64,000 nucleotides of DNA from Chiloscyllium plagiosum (Eukaryota): NCBI RefSeq assembly GCF_004010195.1, contig NC_057758.1, forward strand, positions 7,418,630 to 7,482,629, read 5' to 3'. Numbering within the stretch: the stretch's first letter is position 1; every line of letters begins with the position of its first letter. The notes beneath the pieces are model-generated. The model searched no databases. It was not told where the DNA came from and saw nothing but the letters and a program-made list of their open reading frames with translations. This document shows positions 1 to 13,420 of the stretch, piece after piece. The position numbers were made by a program, and so were the translations under genes.

Positions 1-479
1 ACCTGCTTTCCATCCATATACTACATCTATACCGCTGCCAACATTTGCATGGCTAAATTAGACTGATGAATTGACTCCTTGGCCTCAAATAATGATGATG
101 TTTCTAACATTGTTCTAGCAGAGTATGAGAATGTACAAGGTCTCTACCTCAGTCGTACTGATCTGTACTTCTCGCTTCCTATAACCTGCCTGATCTGCTC
201 ACTAAAAAGCCTTTCACTGTACTTCTGTACACCTAACAATAAATCAATCAATCTAGACGGCGCCTCTTGCAGGGTCTGAACTAGAGGACTAACAAATGAG
301 TCATAAAGGTGCAAAGATGTAGAATTGTACGACACCGAAACAGATACTTCGGTGTCAAACTTGCTCTTGCCCAGATATCCTTAATTCATTGAGCTCCTTT
401 GCCAGCAACACAAACAAAAACTGCTGGAAAGAACTCAACAAGTCTGGCAGCACTTGTGGAGCTACGTCAGAGTTAATAT

Positions 480-955
480 GGCACTCCGCTTGTCTTAGGC
501 CTCCAGCCTGAAATAGAACGTTCCACCACCACCTTGTCTCCCACCTTCAATGCAATTTTATGTGCAAGTGATTAGCTCTGCTGGATTCCATGTGATCAAA
601 CCTTGCTATCCGGTCTACCATGCATAACCTTGCAAAAAGTCTTGCTAAAGTCCATTTGGACAAATCCCTGCTCCGCCTTCATCAACCTCCATTGTCACTT
701 CTTCAAAAAATCAGTCATGCTCATGACACACGATTTCGCCCACACAACACCAGGTGGACTGCTCATAATTAGATCTTGCCTATCCAAATACATGTAAATC
801 CTGTCTCTAAGGATTCCCTCCAACAGTTTACCTACCACTGACATCAGGCTCACTGGTCTCTAATTTCCTGCCATTTCCTTACCACCTTTCTTAAGTATTG
901 ACATCACGTTAGCCAATCTCCTGTCTTCCAGCGCCTCACCTGTGGTAATCGATGT
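480..955 (-). mobile_element. CR1-type LINE ORF2 (RT) fragment, degenerate
   Basis: Minus translation TGEALEDRRLANVMSILKKGGKEMAGN*RPVSLMSVVGKLLEGILRDRI...MDFSK matches the CR1 motif TGEVPEDWRxANVxPLFKKG...NYRPVSL; it contains stops and frameshifts. Confidence 0.85.
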
Positions 956-959
956 TACA

Positions 960-2610
960 AATACAGGAGTAGTGCTGGATGATTGGATGGTGGCAAATGT
1001 TATTCCCTTGTTCAAGAAAGCGAATAAGGTTAATCCTGGAAATTTCAGACCAGTCAGTCTTATGTCAGCGATGGGCAAATACTGGAATGGATTCTGAGAG
1101 ACATAATTACTTGAAAAACCGTAGTTTAATTGGAGATAGTCAGCATGACTTTGGGAGAGGCAGGTCATGCCTCACAAATCTTATTGTATTCTTTGGGGAT
1201 GTGACAAATCATGTTAATGTGGGTCGAAGTGTATATGGACTTTCGCAAGGCATTTGATACGTTTGCCCGGATATTTAATGTTGTAGGGTAATTCAGAACG
1301 CAAGGAGGTATGGTATAAGGGAAATCTGGCTGGCTGGATACAGAATTGCCTGGCCCATAGAAGACAGGGTGGTAGTAGGTGGAAAGTGTTCAGCCTGGAG
1401 CTCAGTGCCTGCAAGTGAATGGTGTTCCACAGGGATAGGTTCTGGGACTGCTGCGTTTTTACAAATGACTTGGCCGAGGAGGTGGAAGGACGAGTTAGTA
1501 AATTGGTCGATGAGACAAACATTGATGGAGTCGTGGATAGTGTGAAGAACTGTAGTATTTTGCAAGTGGACATTGACAGGATGCACAACTGGTCTGATGG
1601 AGTGCAACCTGGAAAAGTGTGAAGTGATTCACTTTGGAAAATCAAAGCTGAATGCAGAAATCAGGTTTAAAGGCAGGATTATTGACAGTGTGGAGGAACA
1701 CGGGATCTCGGGCTCCATGCCCACAGATCCATCAAAGTTGCCACCCAAGTTGATTGGGTTCTTCAGAAAGTGTAAGGTATGATGGCTTTCATTAGCGGGG
1801 GAAAGAGTGTAAGATTCGCGAGGTTATGGTGTAGCTCTTTAGAGCCCTGTTTAGACCACACTTTGGATAATGTTTAAACTTCTGGTCGCCTGTTTATGGG
1901 AATGATGTGGAAGCTTCAGAGAGGGTGCAGAGGAGTTTACCAGGATGCTGGCTGGACTGGAGGGCATGTCTTAAGAAGAAAAGGTGAGGAAGTTAGGTCT
2001 TTTTTGATTGAAGAAGAATGAGATATAATTTGCTAGAGATCTACAAGATGTTGAGAGACGGGCATCGAGTGGTGGGAGGTACGATGGCATAGTGGTTAGC
2101 ACTGCTGCCTCACAGTGCTAGAGACCTGGGTTCAAATCCCGCCTCAGGCGACTGACTGTGTGGAGCTTGTATATTCTCCCCGTGGCTGTGTGGGTTTCCT
2201 CCGGTTTCCTCCCACAGTCCAATGATGTGCAGGTCAGGTGAATTGGCCATGCTAAGGGGTGCATGTAGGGTTGCGCTTCTGCGGGGCGGTGTGGACTTGT
2301 TGGGCCTAAGGGCCTGTTTCCACGCTGTAATAATCTAAACTTTTTCCTATGTTGGAAATGTCTATGACGAGGAATTGTAATTTTAAGGCAATTGGAAGAA
2401 GTTTTAAGGAGAGGTAGATTCTTTACTCAGAGTGCTGGGTGCGTGGAATGCGCTGCCAGCAGTAGCTTTAGAGTCAGATTCATTTACGTGACTCTTGGAT
2501 AGGCACATGGATGGTAATACTTTAAGGGCATGTAGGATAGTCTGAGCTTCGAGTAGAATAAAAGGCCAGCACAACATCGAAGGGCAGGAGGCCTTTACTG
2601 CTATGTGTTC
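960..2610 (+). mobile_element. CR1-type LINE ORF2 3' half, degenerate, interrupted by a SINE
   Basis: Plus translation DDWMVANVIPLFKK...GNFRPVSL, SQHDFGRGRSCLTNLI, KCEVIHFGKS and RPHFG..FWSP, followed by a CR1 3' region. Confidence 0.9.
2073..2340 (+). mobile_element. tRNA-derived V-domain SINE (HE1-like)
   Basis: Pol III A/B-box head (TGGCATAGTGG...GGTTCAAATCCC), V-domain-like GTGTGGAG..ATTCTCCCCGTG..GGTTTCCTCC..GTGCAGGTCAGGTGAATTGGCC and a CR1-like tail. Confidence 0.85.
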
Positions 2611-2639
2611 AAGAAACTTTAGGCGAGATATAACGGGTT

Positions 2640-5220
2640 GTAATGCAATGGGGTTGGGGAAGAGCGCAGCATTACTGATGGAGGAGAATGTCGGAAACAA
2701 GAATGAGCATCTTGAAGGGCCCATTTAGTGAGGTCATATGGAGCGATCTGAGGACGAGGAAAGATGCTGTCACTGTGATGGTGTTGTATGACAGGCCTCC
2801 TAAAAGTCAATGGGAGTAAGAGGAACACATATGCAAGCGGTTCAACAATAGAGTTGTTGTATTGGGCAATTTTAACTTCCCCAATATTGACTAGGACTCT
2901 CTTAGCGCCAGGCGCTGATATGAAATATGTGTATCCAGGAGGTATCCTTAAAAATATGTGCAGGTGTTCCAAGTAGTGAAGGGGCTGTCCCATATCTTAT
3001 ACTGGGGAATGAGCCTGGCTAAGTGATAAAAATATCAGTGAGGGAACATTTTGGAGACATGATCATATATCTACAAGTTCTAAAGTTGCTATGGATAAGG
3101 ATAAGATGCTTTCTCCGTTAAATTGCTAAATTTGTGCAAGTCTAATTACAACAGTATGAGGCAAGAAGTGGAGAAACTTCTCCAAGTGACAGTTTGAGGG
3201 TAAATCGATATCTGACAAGTGGGAATAATGAATGCGTGTTTGGGAATTTGAGCTTTATGGAACTGAAATCCAGTTCGACCTGAGAAGTTGTGGAAAAGAA
3301 CTGAAACAAGTTATTGGAAGGGGTCATAAAAAAGCCTTTGCAAGTAGAATTCAAGACAATGCCCAAGACATGTTATACACAGAGTTGGGGTAAGAGGGTT
3401 ACGAAGGAAAGGGTTGTTCTGCTCAAGAACAAAGGAGGGGAATATGGAGAGGTCGTTGATGAGTACTTTGCATTGGTTTTCACTCAGGAGAAAGACATGG
3501 ATTCTGATAAGATTATCGAGGCACTTGTTGATATTCTGGGGAATGTCAATATTGTTGTGGTGACAGTATTGCATGTTTTGAAACACATTAAGTCCCCAAG
3601 ACTTGATAGAATCTAACTCAGAACACTGAAGGTAGCAAGGGAGGAGATTGCTGGGGCCTTGAGAGAGATTTGTTTTGTATCCCCTTTCAAAACAGACAAA
3701 GAGTCAGAAGACTGGCGAAAAGCCTATGCTGTTCCTTTGTTGAGGAAGCGCAACCCAGTACATGATTGGTCGCTAAATCTTTAATCACTCGGAGGGAAAT
3801 TATTGGCGAAGGTTCTTTGACAGCGGATTTATTCAGATTGAGGGACGAATGGACGTTAGATATAATCAGCTGTCTTTATGCAAGGGAGGCCATGCCTCAC
3901 AAACTTGATTTTTTTGAGGAAGTGACAAAGATGATTACTGAGGGTAGACCAGTAGATATTGTCTGCATGGATTTTACTATAGAATGTCACAAGGCCCCTC
4001 ATGATAACCCCTCATGAGAAGATTGCGTTAAATGGAATCGAGGGCATGTTGGAAAGTTGGATACTTTAAAATTAACTTGATTACAGAAGAGAATTCAGTT
4101 ATGGAGGACTGGTTTTCTCCCTGGAGGTCTGTGACCTGGGGTTCTGTGGGGGTCAGTGCTGAGACATTGGCTGGTTGTTCCTCATTATGGATGAAAATTG
4201 CAGGAGGTCTGACTAGTACGTTTGCAAGGTGTGCGGATAGTAAGGAAGATTACCAAAGGATACAGCAGTATACCGAGCAGTTGGAACATTGAGTCGCAAA
4301 ATGTCAGGTGGAGTTTAATCTGTACAAGTGTGAGGTGATGGATTTTGGGAAGTCAAATGCTGGAGTAAATACAGCACATTGCAGGATTCTGAATTGCATT
4401 GATATCCAGCGGGATCTTGTGGTGCAGAAAAGTGGCAACGCAAGTGAACAAGGTGATAAAGAAGGCCTATGGCATGCTGTCCTTCATCAGTCAGGGCTTT
4501 GAGTTCGCATGTTTCAGTTGTATAAAACTTTAACTAGTCCACCTTTGGATTACTACGTGTAGTGAGATTGTGCAGGCTTTGGAGAGAGGCCAAGAAACGT
4601 TCAACAAGATGTTGTCTGAATTAGAGTAGATTAGCTCAAAGGAAAGGCTGCAAATTGTCTCTCCACCCCGGAGACTCTCTGCCATATTCCTGATGAAGGA
4701 CTTTTGCCTGAAATGTCGATCTTCCTGCTCTTCAGATGCTGCTTGACCTGCTCTGATTTCCCAGCACCACTCTAATCTAGATTCTGATCTCCAGTATCTG
4801 CAGGTCTCACTTTCGCCTGCACAAACTTGCAGTGTATTCACTACAGCGTCAGAATGTGAGGGACAAATTGATATAAACATATAAAATTATGAGAGGAAGA
4901 GATTTGGTAGTTAGCTAATCTTTACTCCACGTGGATGTGTCAAATAATACGGAACAAAGGATTAAGGTGAGAAGATAAGGTATAAAGGAGATGACAACAA
5001 TGTTTTTTTTTAAAAAAAGGTGGTCGGTGCCTGGAACCTAAAACCGGGAAAGGTGGGAAAATCAGATATGATCGCAACAACTAAGAAGCTTTGAACAGAC
5101 ATGTGAAATGGCATGGGATAAAGGGATAGGGATAATGTGCAGGCAGGTAGGATTAGTTTGGATGGACAGCACGACCGGCACAAATGTGCTGGGACAAAGG
5201 GCCTGATCCTTCTGTGTCCT
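2640..5220 (+). mobile_element. Old CR1-type LINE, endonuclease to RT remnants, highly degenerate
   Basis: Remnant motifs GNFNFPNID, EYFALVFTQEKD, KSPRLDRI, FFEEVTKMITEGRPVDIVCMDF and EFNLYKCEVMDFGKSN occur in order. Confidence 0.8.
4660..4820 (+). mobile_element. Solo PLE 3'-tail element with degenerate hammerhead core
   Basis: CTGATGA-AGGAC-TTTT-GCCT-GAAA-T-GTC at 4690-4717, followed by the GATGCTGC.TGACCTGC...CAGTATCTGCAG tail shared with the long PLE copies. Confidence 0.7.
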
Positions 5221-6077
5221 TTAAACAACAAAACATTTCACTGGAGTGTGTGTTACACAGTGGAAAGTAATTGAGAGGCAGAGAGATGATTTCTATAAAA
5301 TAACAAATACTTAAGAGTGAGTTAAAAATTGGAATCTGACTGAGAGTTTCATATTTAACAATTGGCCCACAACCGTAGAGTATTTTTGTTCCACATTCCA
5401 TTTATTCATAAATATACAGTCTGATCACTCTTTCCAAGTGGCTATCAGATAGAAAGTGTCATTGACGGTGCCCCTCTGCTGTTCGAGCCTGTTCGGAACT
5501 GTGCAGTGTTCTCTTGCCCATGCCCCACCCCAGTCTCCTCCCTCTGCGCTGGCTCTCCACTCACTGGTCCAGGAATGAGTTTCTCTTCACTCCACGGACA
5601 TGCAGGAAGATCTTGACTTGATGATCGGCGGGCTTTTTGCGATGTTCTGACATCACAAGGCAACCTGCAGACAGAATACAGAGTGAGTTCCTATACAATC
5701 ACAGGCAGGGAAGGCCAGAGAATGAGAGTGTGTGCGTGAATGACAGAGAGAGAATGTGAGAGTGTGAGGGTGTGTAATGTTTTCGCGCTATAGTCACACA
5801 ACAGTCCGTGCATAAGTATGTATCCACAACTGAAATGTGATAGGTCCCATGTGAATCACATGGTATTTAAGAGGCCCTGTCGCCCATCAAGTTTGTGTCA
5901 GCAAAACAATGCTGCTCCGAGGCAGGGTGGGATGTGTGGGTGGGGGGATGTTGCAGAGCTTGCCAGTGTGAATTGGAGAGGGCAAAAACAACGGGTGGAT
6001 GGTTCTGGGGTTGGGTAGAGCATGAGAATATTAGGGGGATCCAGCACTAGAGCGACTGGGGGGCGGAGCACAGTGTG

Positions 6078-6539
6078 NNNNNNNNNNNNNNNNNNNNNNN
6101 NNNNNNNNNNNNNNNNNNNNNNNNNNNNNNNNNNNNNNNNNNNNNNNNNNNNNNNNNNNNNNNNNNNNNNNNNNNNNNNNNNNNNNNNNNNNNNNNNNNN
6201 NNNNNNNNNNNNNNNNNNNNNNNNNNNNNNNNNNNNNNNNNNNNNNNNNNNNNNNNNNNNNNNNNNNNNNNNNNNNNNNNNNNNNNNNNNNNNNNNNNNN
6301 NNNNNNNNNNNNNNNNNNNNNNNNNNNNNNNNNNNNNNNNNNNNNNNNNNNNNNNNNNNNNNNNNNNNNNNNNNNNNNNNNNNNNNNNNNNNNNNNNNNN
6401 NNNNNNNNNNNNNNNNNNNNNNNNNNNNNNNNNNNNNNNNNNNNNNNNNNNNNNNNNNNNNNNNNNNNNNNNNNNNNNNNNNNNNNNNNNNNNNNNNNNN
6501 NNNNNNNNNNNNNNNNNNNNNNNNNNNNNNNNNNNNNNN
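6078..6539. other. Assembly gap (N run)
   Basis: Run of n characters. Confidence 1.
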
Positions 6540-6573
<34 letters not shown>

Positions 6574-6592
6574 AAGAGAGACAGAGAGAGAC
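6540..6592. repeat. (GATA)n microsatellite grading into GA repeats
   Basis: GATAGATAGATAG... directly after the gap. Confidence 0.95.
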
Positions 6593-7059
6593 AAAGTGGC
6601 AGGATGTGGACTGAGCACGAGGAGAGAGAGAGAAAAGGGGAGAAGAAAGGAAATAAGATCACCAAGAATTGGAGATTTCATTTTGGTAAATGATACAGGG
6701 CTATGCGGAGACAGCTGAGCAGGCAGATTAGATTGGAGATTATACAGGACTATGTGAAGAGAGAAGGGCAGTGCAATTCATTTGACGATTGATACAGGGA
6801 TGTGAAATGAAGCGGACAAAATCACTGAACACTGTCATTGATATTTGGTAGATTTCACCCAGACAGCAGACCATGATTGTAATCTCTCGGGGAATAGTCG
6901 AACAACCGTCGGGAAAACAGTTGCCAAAACACTCACAGGCACCATGTCTTCATTATTGCACTTTACCCTCGTCTTCACGGGGCTCGAGTGGAAACTTTTG
7001 AGCTGCTTCATGTTCCTGCCTGTGACGACAAACTGTGACAATCGCACGTGCAACGAGAC

Positions 7060-9520
7060 TACATTCGTCCGTTCCGTCAGTTAGTGCGTCCATTCAGTCT
7101 GTCAATGAGACAGTGTGTCCAGCCAGTCAGTCAGCGCGTGCAGTCAGTCAGTCCGTTCAGTCAGTCATGGTGTCAGTGCATTTATTCAGTGAGTCAGTCA
7201 GTGAGTGCATTCAGTGGGTCAATTCAGTCAGTCAATCAGATAGTGAGTTCATTCAAGAAGCAAATCAGTGCTATCATTCAGCCAGTCACTCCGTTCATTC
7301 AATCAGTCAGCCGTTCAGATCGTATGTTCTCTCAGTGCGTCCATTCAGTCAGTCAGCATGTGCACTCACTCAGTCAGTCAGTACTTTTATTCAGTGAGTC
7401 AGTCAGTCAGTGCGATTATTCAATCAGACATTCAGGGCAGTTCCATTCGGTCAGTCAGTCAGTGCATTCATTTGGTTAGTCAGTCAGTCAGTCACTCTGT
7501 CCATCCGTCCATTTAGTTGGTCAGTCATCGAAACAGTGCATCCGTTCAGTTTGCACGTAATCAGATAGTGCCACCATGCAGTCTGTTATTGCCAGTCGCT
7601 CTATTCACTCATTTAATAACTGACATTAAGTCAGTTAATCAGTCAGTATATCAGTGTGTCCATTCATTCAGTCAGTGAGCAAGTGCGTCCATTGTGTCAG
7701 TCAGTTATTGAGTCAGTGCATCCATTCGGTTAGTCACTCAGTCAGTCCATCAATTCAGCCAATCAGTGTGTCCGTTTAGTCAATCAGTCAGTGCTTCCAC
7801 CCTGTCTGTCAGTCAGTGAGTACGTTCATTCATTCAATCAGTCAGTGCGTCAATTCATTCAATGCGTCAGTCATGATGTCTTAAAATCTTTCAGACAGCC
7901 AGTGTCTCCAGTTAATTTGTCCGACTGTCAGTGTCTCCGTTCACACAATCAGACATTGCATCCATTCAGTGAGTCACTCAGTCGTTCAGTGCGTCTACTC
8001 AGTCAATCCGTCATCAGTGTGTTCATTCGTTCAGACAGTCAGTGGTGTCAGTCACTTCATCCCTTCAGTCAGTCAGTCATTATACCGAATCCGTTAGTCA
8101 GTCACTCAATCATTCAACGGATTCATTCAGTAAGTCAATCAGTTCGTGCGGACAATCAGCCAGTCAGTCAATCAGTCAGTGAGTTTCCATTCAGTCAGTC
8201 AGTCAGTCAGAATGCCCATTCACCCAGCGAGTGCTTCCATTTGGTCAGTCAGTCAGTCAGTGTGTCCATTCAGTCAATCATTCGGTGCGTCAAGTCAGTC
8301 AGTCAGTGGGTCCATTCATTCAATCAATCAGTCACGGCATCTCGTCATCATTCAGGCCATCAGTGCGTCCAGCCAGTCAGTATGACTCTCAGTCCGTTAA
8401 TTTAGTCAGTGCCCATTCACTCAGTCATTCAGTCAGTTCGTCAACTAAGTCAGTCATTCAGTCAGTCTGTCAGTGCATCCATTCACCCAGTCAGTCAGTA
8501 CATTCGTGCTTTCAGTCAGTGCATCCAGTCAGACGGTCAGTTGGTCAGTGCACCCAGTCAGTCAGTCAGACAGTGCATGTGTCCGTTCAGTCAATCAGTG
8601 ATTGAGTTAGTGCGCCCATTGGTTCAGTTAGGCTGTTAGTCAGTCAGTTAGTACGACAATTTAATTAGTCATTTAGTATGTCCACAAAGTCAATCAGTCA
8701 TTGAGTCAGAGCGTTAGTTTTGTCAGTCAGCCGGTCAGTGATTTCATTCAGTCTGTCATTCGGTCAGTGCACACATTCACTCATTCAATCAGTGCATTTA
8801 TTAAGTCCATCAGTCAGTCTCTCTTTGCGTCCATTCAGTAGGTTGGTCAGTTCGTCAGTCAGTCACTCAGTATGTGCATTCATTGAGTCAGTCAGTCATT
8901 TATTTAGTGCACCCATTCGATCAGTCCATTATTCAGTGCGTCAATCCAGTCTGTGACTGCTCATTCAGTATGACATTCACTGCGTCAAATCAGTCCGTCA
9001 GTGCATGCATTCATTCAATCAATCAGTCAGGGAGTCTCGGCGTCTTGTCATCTGTCAGACAGTCAGTACGTCCAGTCAGTCAGTACGATTGTCAGTCCGT
9101 TCATTCAGTCAGTTAGCCCGAGTCCATTCACTCATTCAATCAGGGCGTCTATTAATTTAGCCAGTCAGTCAGGCTGCCAATGCATTCATTCAGTTAGTCA
9201 CTGCCTTTATTCAGTCAGTCAGTCAGTGTGTCTGTGCTGTCAGTCAGTGCGTCCATTCTATTAGTCAGTCAATCTATCCGCGAGTTGGTCCATTCAGTCA
9301 TTCAGTCAGTAAGTCAGAGCGTCCATGCATTCAGTCAGTATATTAATTCAGTCATTCAATCAGCTGGTGCGTCAATTCAGTCGGTTATTGTGTCTGTACA
9401 TTAATTCAGTCAGTCCATGTCTCAGTCTATGCGTCCAGTCAGTATGCCATTCGGTCAGTGCGTAAATTCATTAATTCCGTCAGTGCTTTCATTATGTCTG
9501 TCAGTCAGTCAGTCTGTCAT
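7060..9520. repeat. Degenerate TCAG/TCAT/TCCAT-rich simple-sequence satellite (~2.45 kb)
   Basis: Continuous CAGT/TCAG/CATT tetramer variants with a recurring GTGCGTCCATTCAGTCAGT motif. Confidence 0.92.
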
Positions 9521-10194
9521 TGCATTGATTCATATCCATTTCAAGAATGAATGTGGAATTTACTGAGTTATCGTTACTATCCCAGAAATGCTGATCGACA
9601 AAAACACTTCAAATTCTTGACCGGTATTAATCCCTACAGCTACCTGTAACTCTATCACATTCATCGTCGGACGATCCATGTATTGGTAATAAACGACTCC
9701 TGGACGTATTTTCAATCTTGCCCCTATTGAATCCTTTCACATGAATGCAGTCTCAATTTATGTCAGCAAAGTTGAAATGCTCCCCAACTGCAACATAATC
9801 CTCTCAGACATATTTGCAATTGATTGCATATCTGCTCACGTGTCTCACTTCAACGTTTGGGAGATGTGCTGTCGAACCACAGACATGCATATTCAATTTA
9901 TTTTATTTCTAATCTCTAGTAGTAAACGCAAGCTGTAAGTAATTTCTTGATGTTTGACCGCCCACCCCCCTCGCAGCCAAAGAATGGGATTTTGCCATGG
10001 GTTAAGATATTATGAGAGTTGCTCGACTTCCCATGAAGGAAATGGTACAATGACAAACCACTCCCTTGATTGTACACCATTCATTGCACTAGGATTACAT
10101 AATTGTAAATCATGCTGTTTTCATGACACGTTTTACACTCGAAACTATCTGCCAAACTTTCGTTTGTCTTGTAGAGAGAGGAAACATTTAAACA

Positions 10195-10420
10195 CAAGTA
10201 GAAAGTGTTGCGGAAATTCAGCAGTTCTGACGGAGAAAAAATAAAGATAATGTTTCACTTCAGTAAGTCCACTCCTTTTCTCCAAATGAGGTCTGAAGAA
10301 GAATGACTGGACTTGTATGCTCCTTCGGCTTTGCCTACACAGATTCTGGGCAACCTCCTGAATAGCTCCAGCACCTCTACTCTTTTGTTTCAGAATTCCA
10401 GTATCTGCAGGTCTTACTTT
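10195..10420. mobile_element. Old fold-back PLE-tail-like element, degenerate
   Basis: Tail-like arms in opposite orientation (GAAATTCAGCAGTTCTG... / ...CTCCAGCAC...CCAGTATCTGCAG) surround a TCTGAAGAAG core. Confidence 0.4.
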
Positions 10421-10859
10421 TAATTACAAGGAAATGCTTAACGGAGTCAGAATTTTCCCAGGCACTATGGTCCCTTCCTAAAATGGCATTCCCCGGAGAT
10501 GAAAGGCACTCCAGATTCATTTGCAATAATTGACAGATCTATTTGTTTTGAACGCTGGTGCTGAGTTTGCCTTTTGGATACACCTGACATCTTCAGGAAC
10601 CAAGCATCCACCCACTCCTTATGTACTTTTTTTGCAAGTTATTTTACAAAACAAATTGTGACACTCCTCTGGCATAGTTTGAAATTGAACCTGAGTCGAG
10701 TGGCGCAGTGGTAAAGCCACATACATGTCTGGTTATGTTATGTCTGAGAAGTGGTTTGGGGAATGTCGAAGCAGCCACAGCTGAAAAGAAAGACCGACGT
10801 GGGAATCATCTTGAATTCAGATCTGGATACATGTGAAAGTGGAATACAGAAATAATTTG

Positions 10860-11370
10860 CTCTTTTTATTGTTTATAAATGACATGGATGAGGAAGTGCA
10901 AGGATCAGTTAGTCAGTTTTTCGATGAAACGAGGTTTGATGGAGAAGTGGATAGTGTGGAGAGTTGTTGCAGGTTGCAACGGGACATCAACAGAATGCAC
11001 AACTGAGCTAATTATTGGCAGATTGAGTTCACTGGGAAAGGTGCGAAGTGATTCATTTTGGAAGTCGAATTTGAAAGTAAATGCAGGTTTAAAGGCAGGA
11101 TATTTGGCGGTGTGGCGAAACAGAGGGATCCATGGGTCCATGTCCATAGACCCCTCAAAGTTGCCATCCAAGTTAATTGGGAAGTTAAGAAGTGGTGTGT
11201 TACCTTATATTTCATTAGCAGGGGGAATATGTTCAGGAGCCGCGAAGTTATTTTGCAGCTTTTTATAGCCGTGGTTAGACCACAATTGAAATATTGTGTT
11301 CAGTTCTGCTCACCTCATTCTTGGTTGGAGTTGAAAGCTTTAGATAGATTTCAGAGGAAATTTACCAGTT
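10860..11370 (+). mobile_element. CR1-type LINE RT fragment
   Basis: INDMDEEVQG, RFKGRIFGGVAKQRDPWVHVHRPLKVA and VRPQLKYCVQFCSPH. Confidence 0.85.
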
Positions 11371-11689
11371 TGAATGATAATGAAGGATAAGTCGATGGAC
11401 ATTGGCGGATAATCAATATGTGCCACTGACAGTCATTGGTTCAGGTTGTAATGAAAGCTCTGAATTATGACTTTGGATTTCTGTCCCATTGCAGTGCATG
11501 ATATTGTGGAACAGAAGTCAACAAATTTAGCTTTACGAGCACCAAGATCGACTCATCATTTAAACTGTACTTGTCGCCTCTGTTCTTCCTGCCACATGCA
11601 TTACAGCACGTTTCACAATATTATATTTAATAAACAGTGAGAACATTTGAAGCTCAGGTTGATGAGTGGTAATTTCTATACATACCGAT

Positions 11690-11995
11690 AAAGAAGGACA
11701 CCACTTTACCAGGGACAACACACACATCAGAGGACAGGCGAAAAGAAGACATGCATGAGAATTCTTAGAGACATGACAATCTCAACAGATCTCTCGATTT
11801 AGATCTTATCTAGCTTCTCTTTAAAATAGAACTGGAAATGTTATCACGCGCCTTAAGAAGCTAAGCCTTATAAATACAGAGGCAAAGCACACAAGGACCG
11901 CTTCATTGAAGACTCTCACTGATATTGTTACCTAGTATGGTGATGAAACGTCTGAAAACAAACCCTCTAGCTTCGTGAGCTAACGTACATACTTA
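11690..11995 (+). mobile_element. PLE 3' end (GIY-YIG C-terminal remnant plus hammerhead-like tail)
   Basis: GHHF..DNTHIRGQAKRRHA*EFLE resembles the C-terminus of the element at 18765-19550. Hammerhead-like TCA-CTGATAT-T-GTTACC-TAGTAT-GGTGAT-GAAAC-GTC-TGA lies at 11916-11955. Confidence 0.7.
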
Positions 11996-12139
11996 TTGAG
12001 TTTAATCTACAAAATGTTTTCCCACTTGCTTGGCCCGTGTGTAAGCTCTGCTTAATATTTATGCCTTTCTCATCAGTTGCCAATTTTTTTGCATCATCAA
12101 TCTTAGTCGGTTCACTTTCCTCGTCTATAACAGCAGAAC

Positions 12140-12483
12140 CTCGCTCAGTTGGTGTCCTCACAGTGCCAGGGACTCAGGTTTGATTGCAGCCTCGGACATC
12201 TGCTGTGCAGAGTTTGCACGTTCTTCCCCACGCGTCTGTGTGTGTTTCCTTCGGGTGCTCGGGTATACTCCCACAACGCAAAGGTTTGACGTTTAGGTGA
12301 ATTTGACATGCTGCATTGCCCATAGTATTCAGTGATGTGTCGGTTAGGTGCATTAAACAGGAGTAAATGCATAGCAATGGGGTAGGGGAATTGTTCTAAG
12401 TGGGGTCTTCTTCGCAGGGTCAGTCTGGTCTTGTTTGGACAAATGGCCTGTTGTCACACTATAGGGATTCTATGATTCTATGA
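12140..12483 (+). mobile_element. tRNA-derived V-domain SINE (HE1-like)
   Basis: Same head and V-domain as 2073-2340; ends in (TTCTATGA)n. Confidence 0.8.
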
Positions 12484-13333
12484 TTAACATTGTAAATAAT
12501 TCTCTCCACAACACTGATCCCTGGGGCAATCAAACACTTGCAGATGGAAACCCTGAAAATGTGTAATCGCCCACCAACCCACCGCGCATGCCGTCACTGT
12601 ACATCTGTCCTGTGATATTGTCCTCTGAACATAGACAATGAGTCTAGGAGTAGGTTCTTCAGCGTTCAAGCTTGTTCCACAATTCAATATGACGAGAAAT
12701 GAACAACCTACTCAGTACCCTGTTCCCAGTTTTTTTCCCCATAATTCACTTTCACCATAAGAATCTCCCATATCGCTTTCTTGAAAATATTCAATGTTTT
12801 GCATGAACTACATTCTGTGGTGGATAATTCTACAAATTCACCACTCTCTGTGTGAAAACATATCGTCTCATCTCTGTCTAAGCACAGTACCCTGTAATCA
12901 TAGGCTGTGAACCTCTATTTTCAGAAATAACGAATTTTCCTGTCGGAATACTACTGAGTGGTCTGGAGTTCTAGAGTTTACACCTATTTACACTTTATAA
13001 CAGTGCGTGAGTATGGGAACAACTAGCTGCGACACAACTTCATAACACACAGGGAGTATTAACAGATGACAAACAATCACCATCGTTTACTTGAACACTC
13101 AGTGGTGATCCATATTTCCATCTCGGTAGTTGTTATGATACACATGGTTTTAGAGCGAATGAGGTTAGGTGAAACAGTTTGTTTCAAGCTTTCAATTATC
13201 ATCAGTCGCCGTGGATCTGAAGCTGCCGCTGGAAGCTTTCCCTCTTGTGTTTACAAGGTCACTTCTTTCAATGGATGTTCCATTATGTCGGTGGGAACAT
13301 ATTCTCCACAGTTAGAGGGATCAATAATTTGGG

Positions 13334-13337
13334 AGAG

Positions 13338-13417
<80 letters not shown>
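13334..13417. repeat. (GA)n microsatellite
   Basis: Long AG dinucleotide run. Confidence 0.98.

Positions 13418-13420
<3 letters not shown>

Noticed and set aside
5898..6681. Long ORFs of 150-255 aa (also 28510-29257 and 31748-32254)
   Set aside because: They are open only because they run through N gaps.
7035..9264. Ser/Gln/Val-rich ORFs
   Set aside because: They are translations of the TCAG satellite, with no gene structure.
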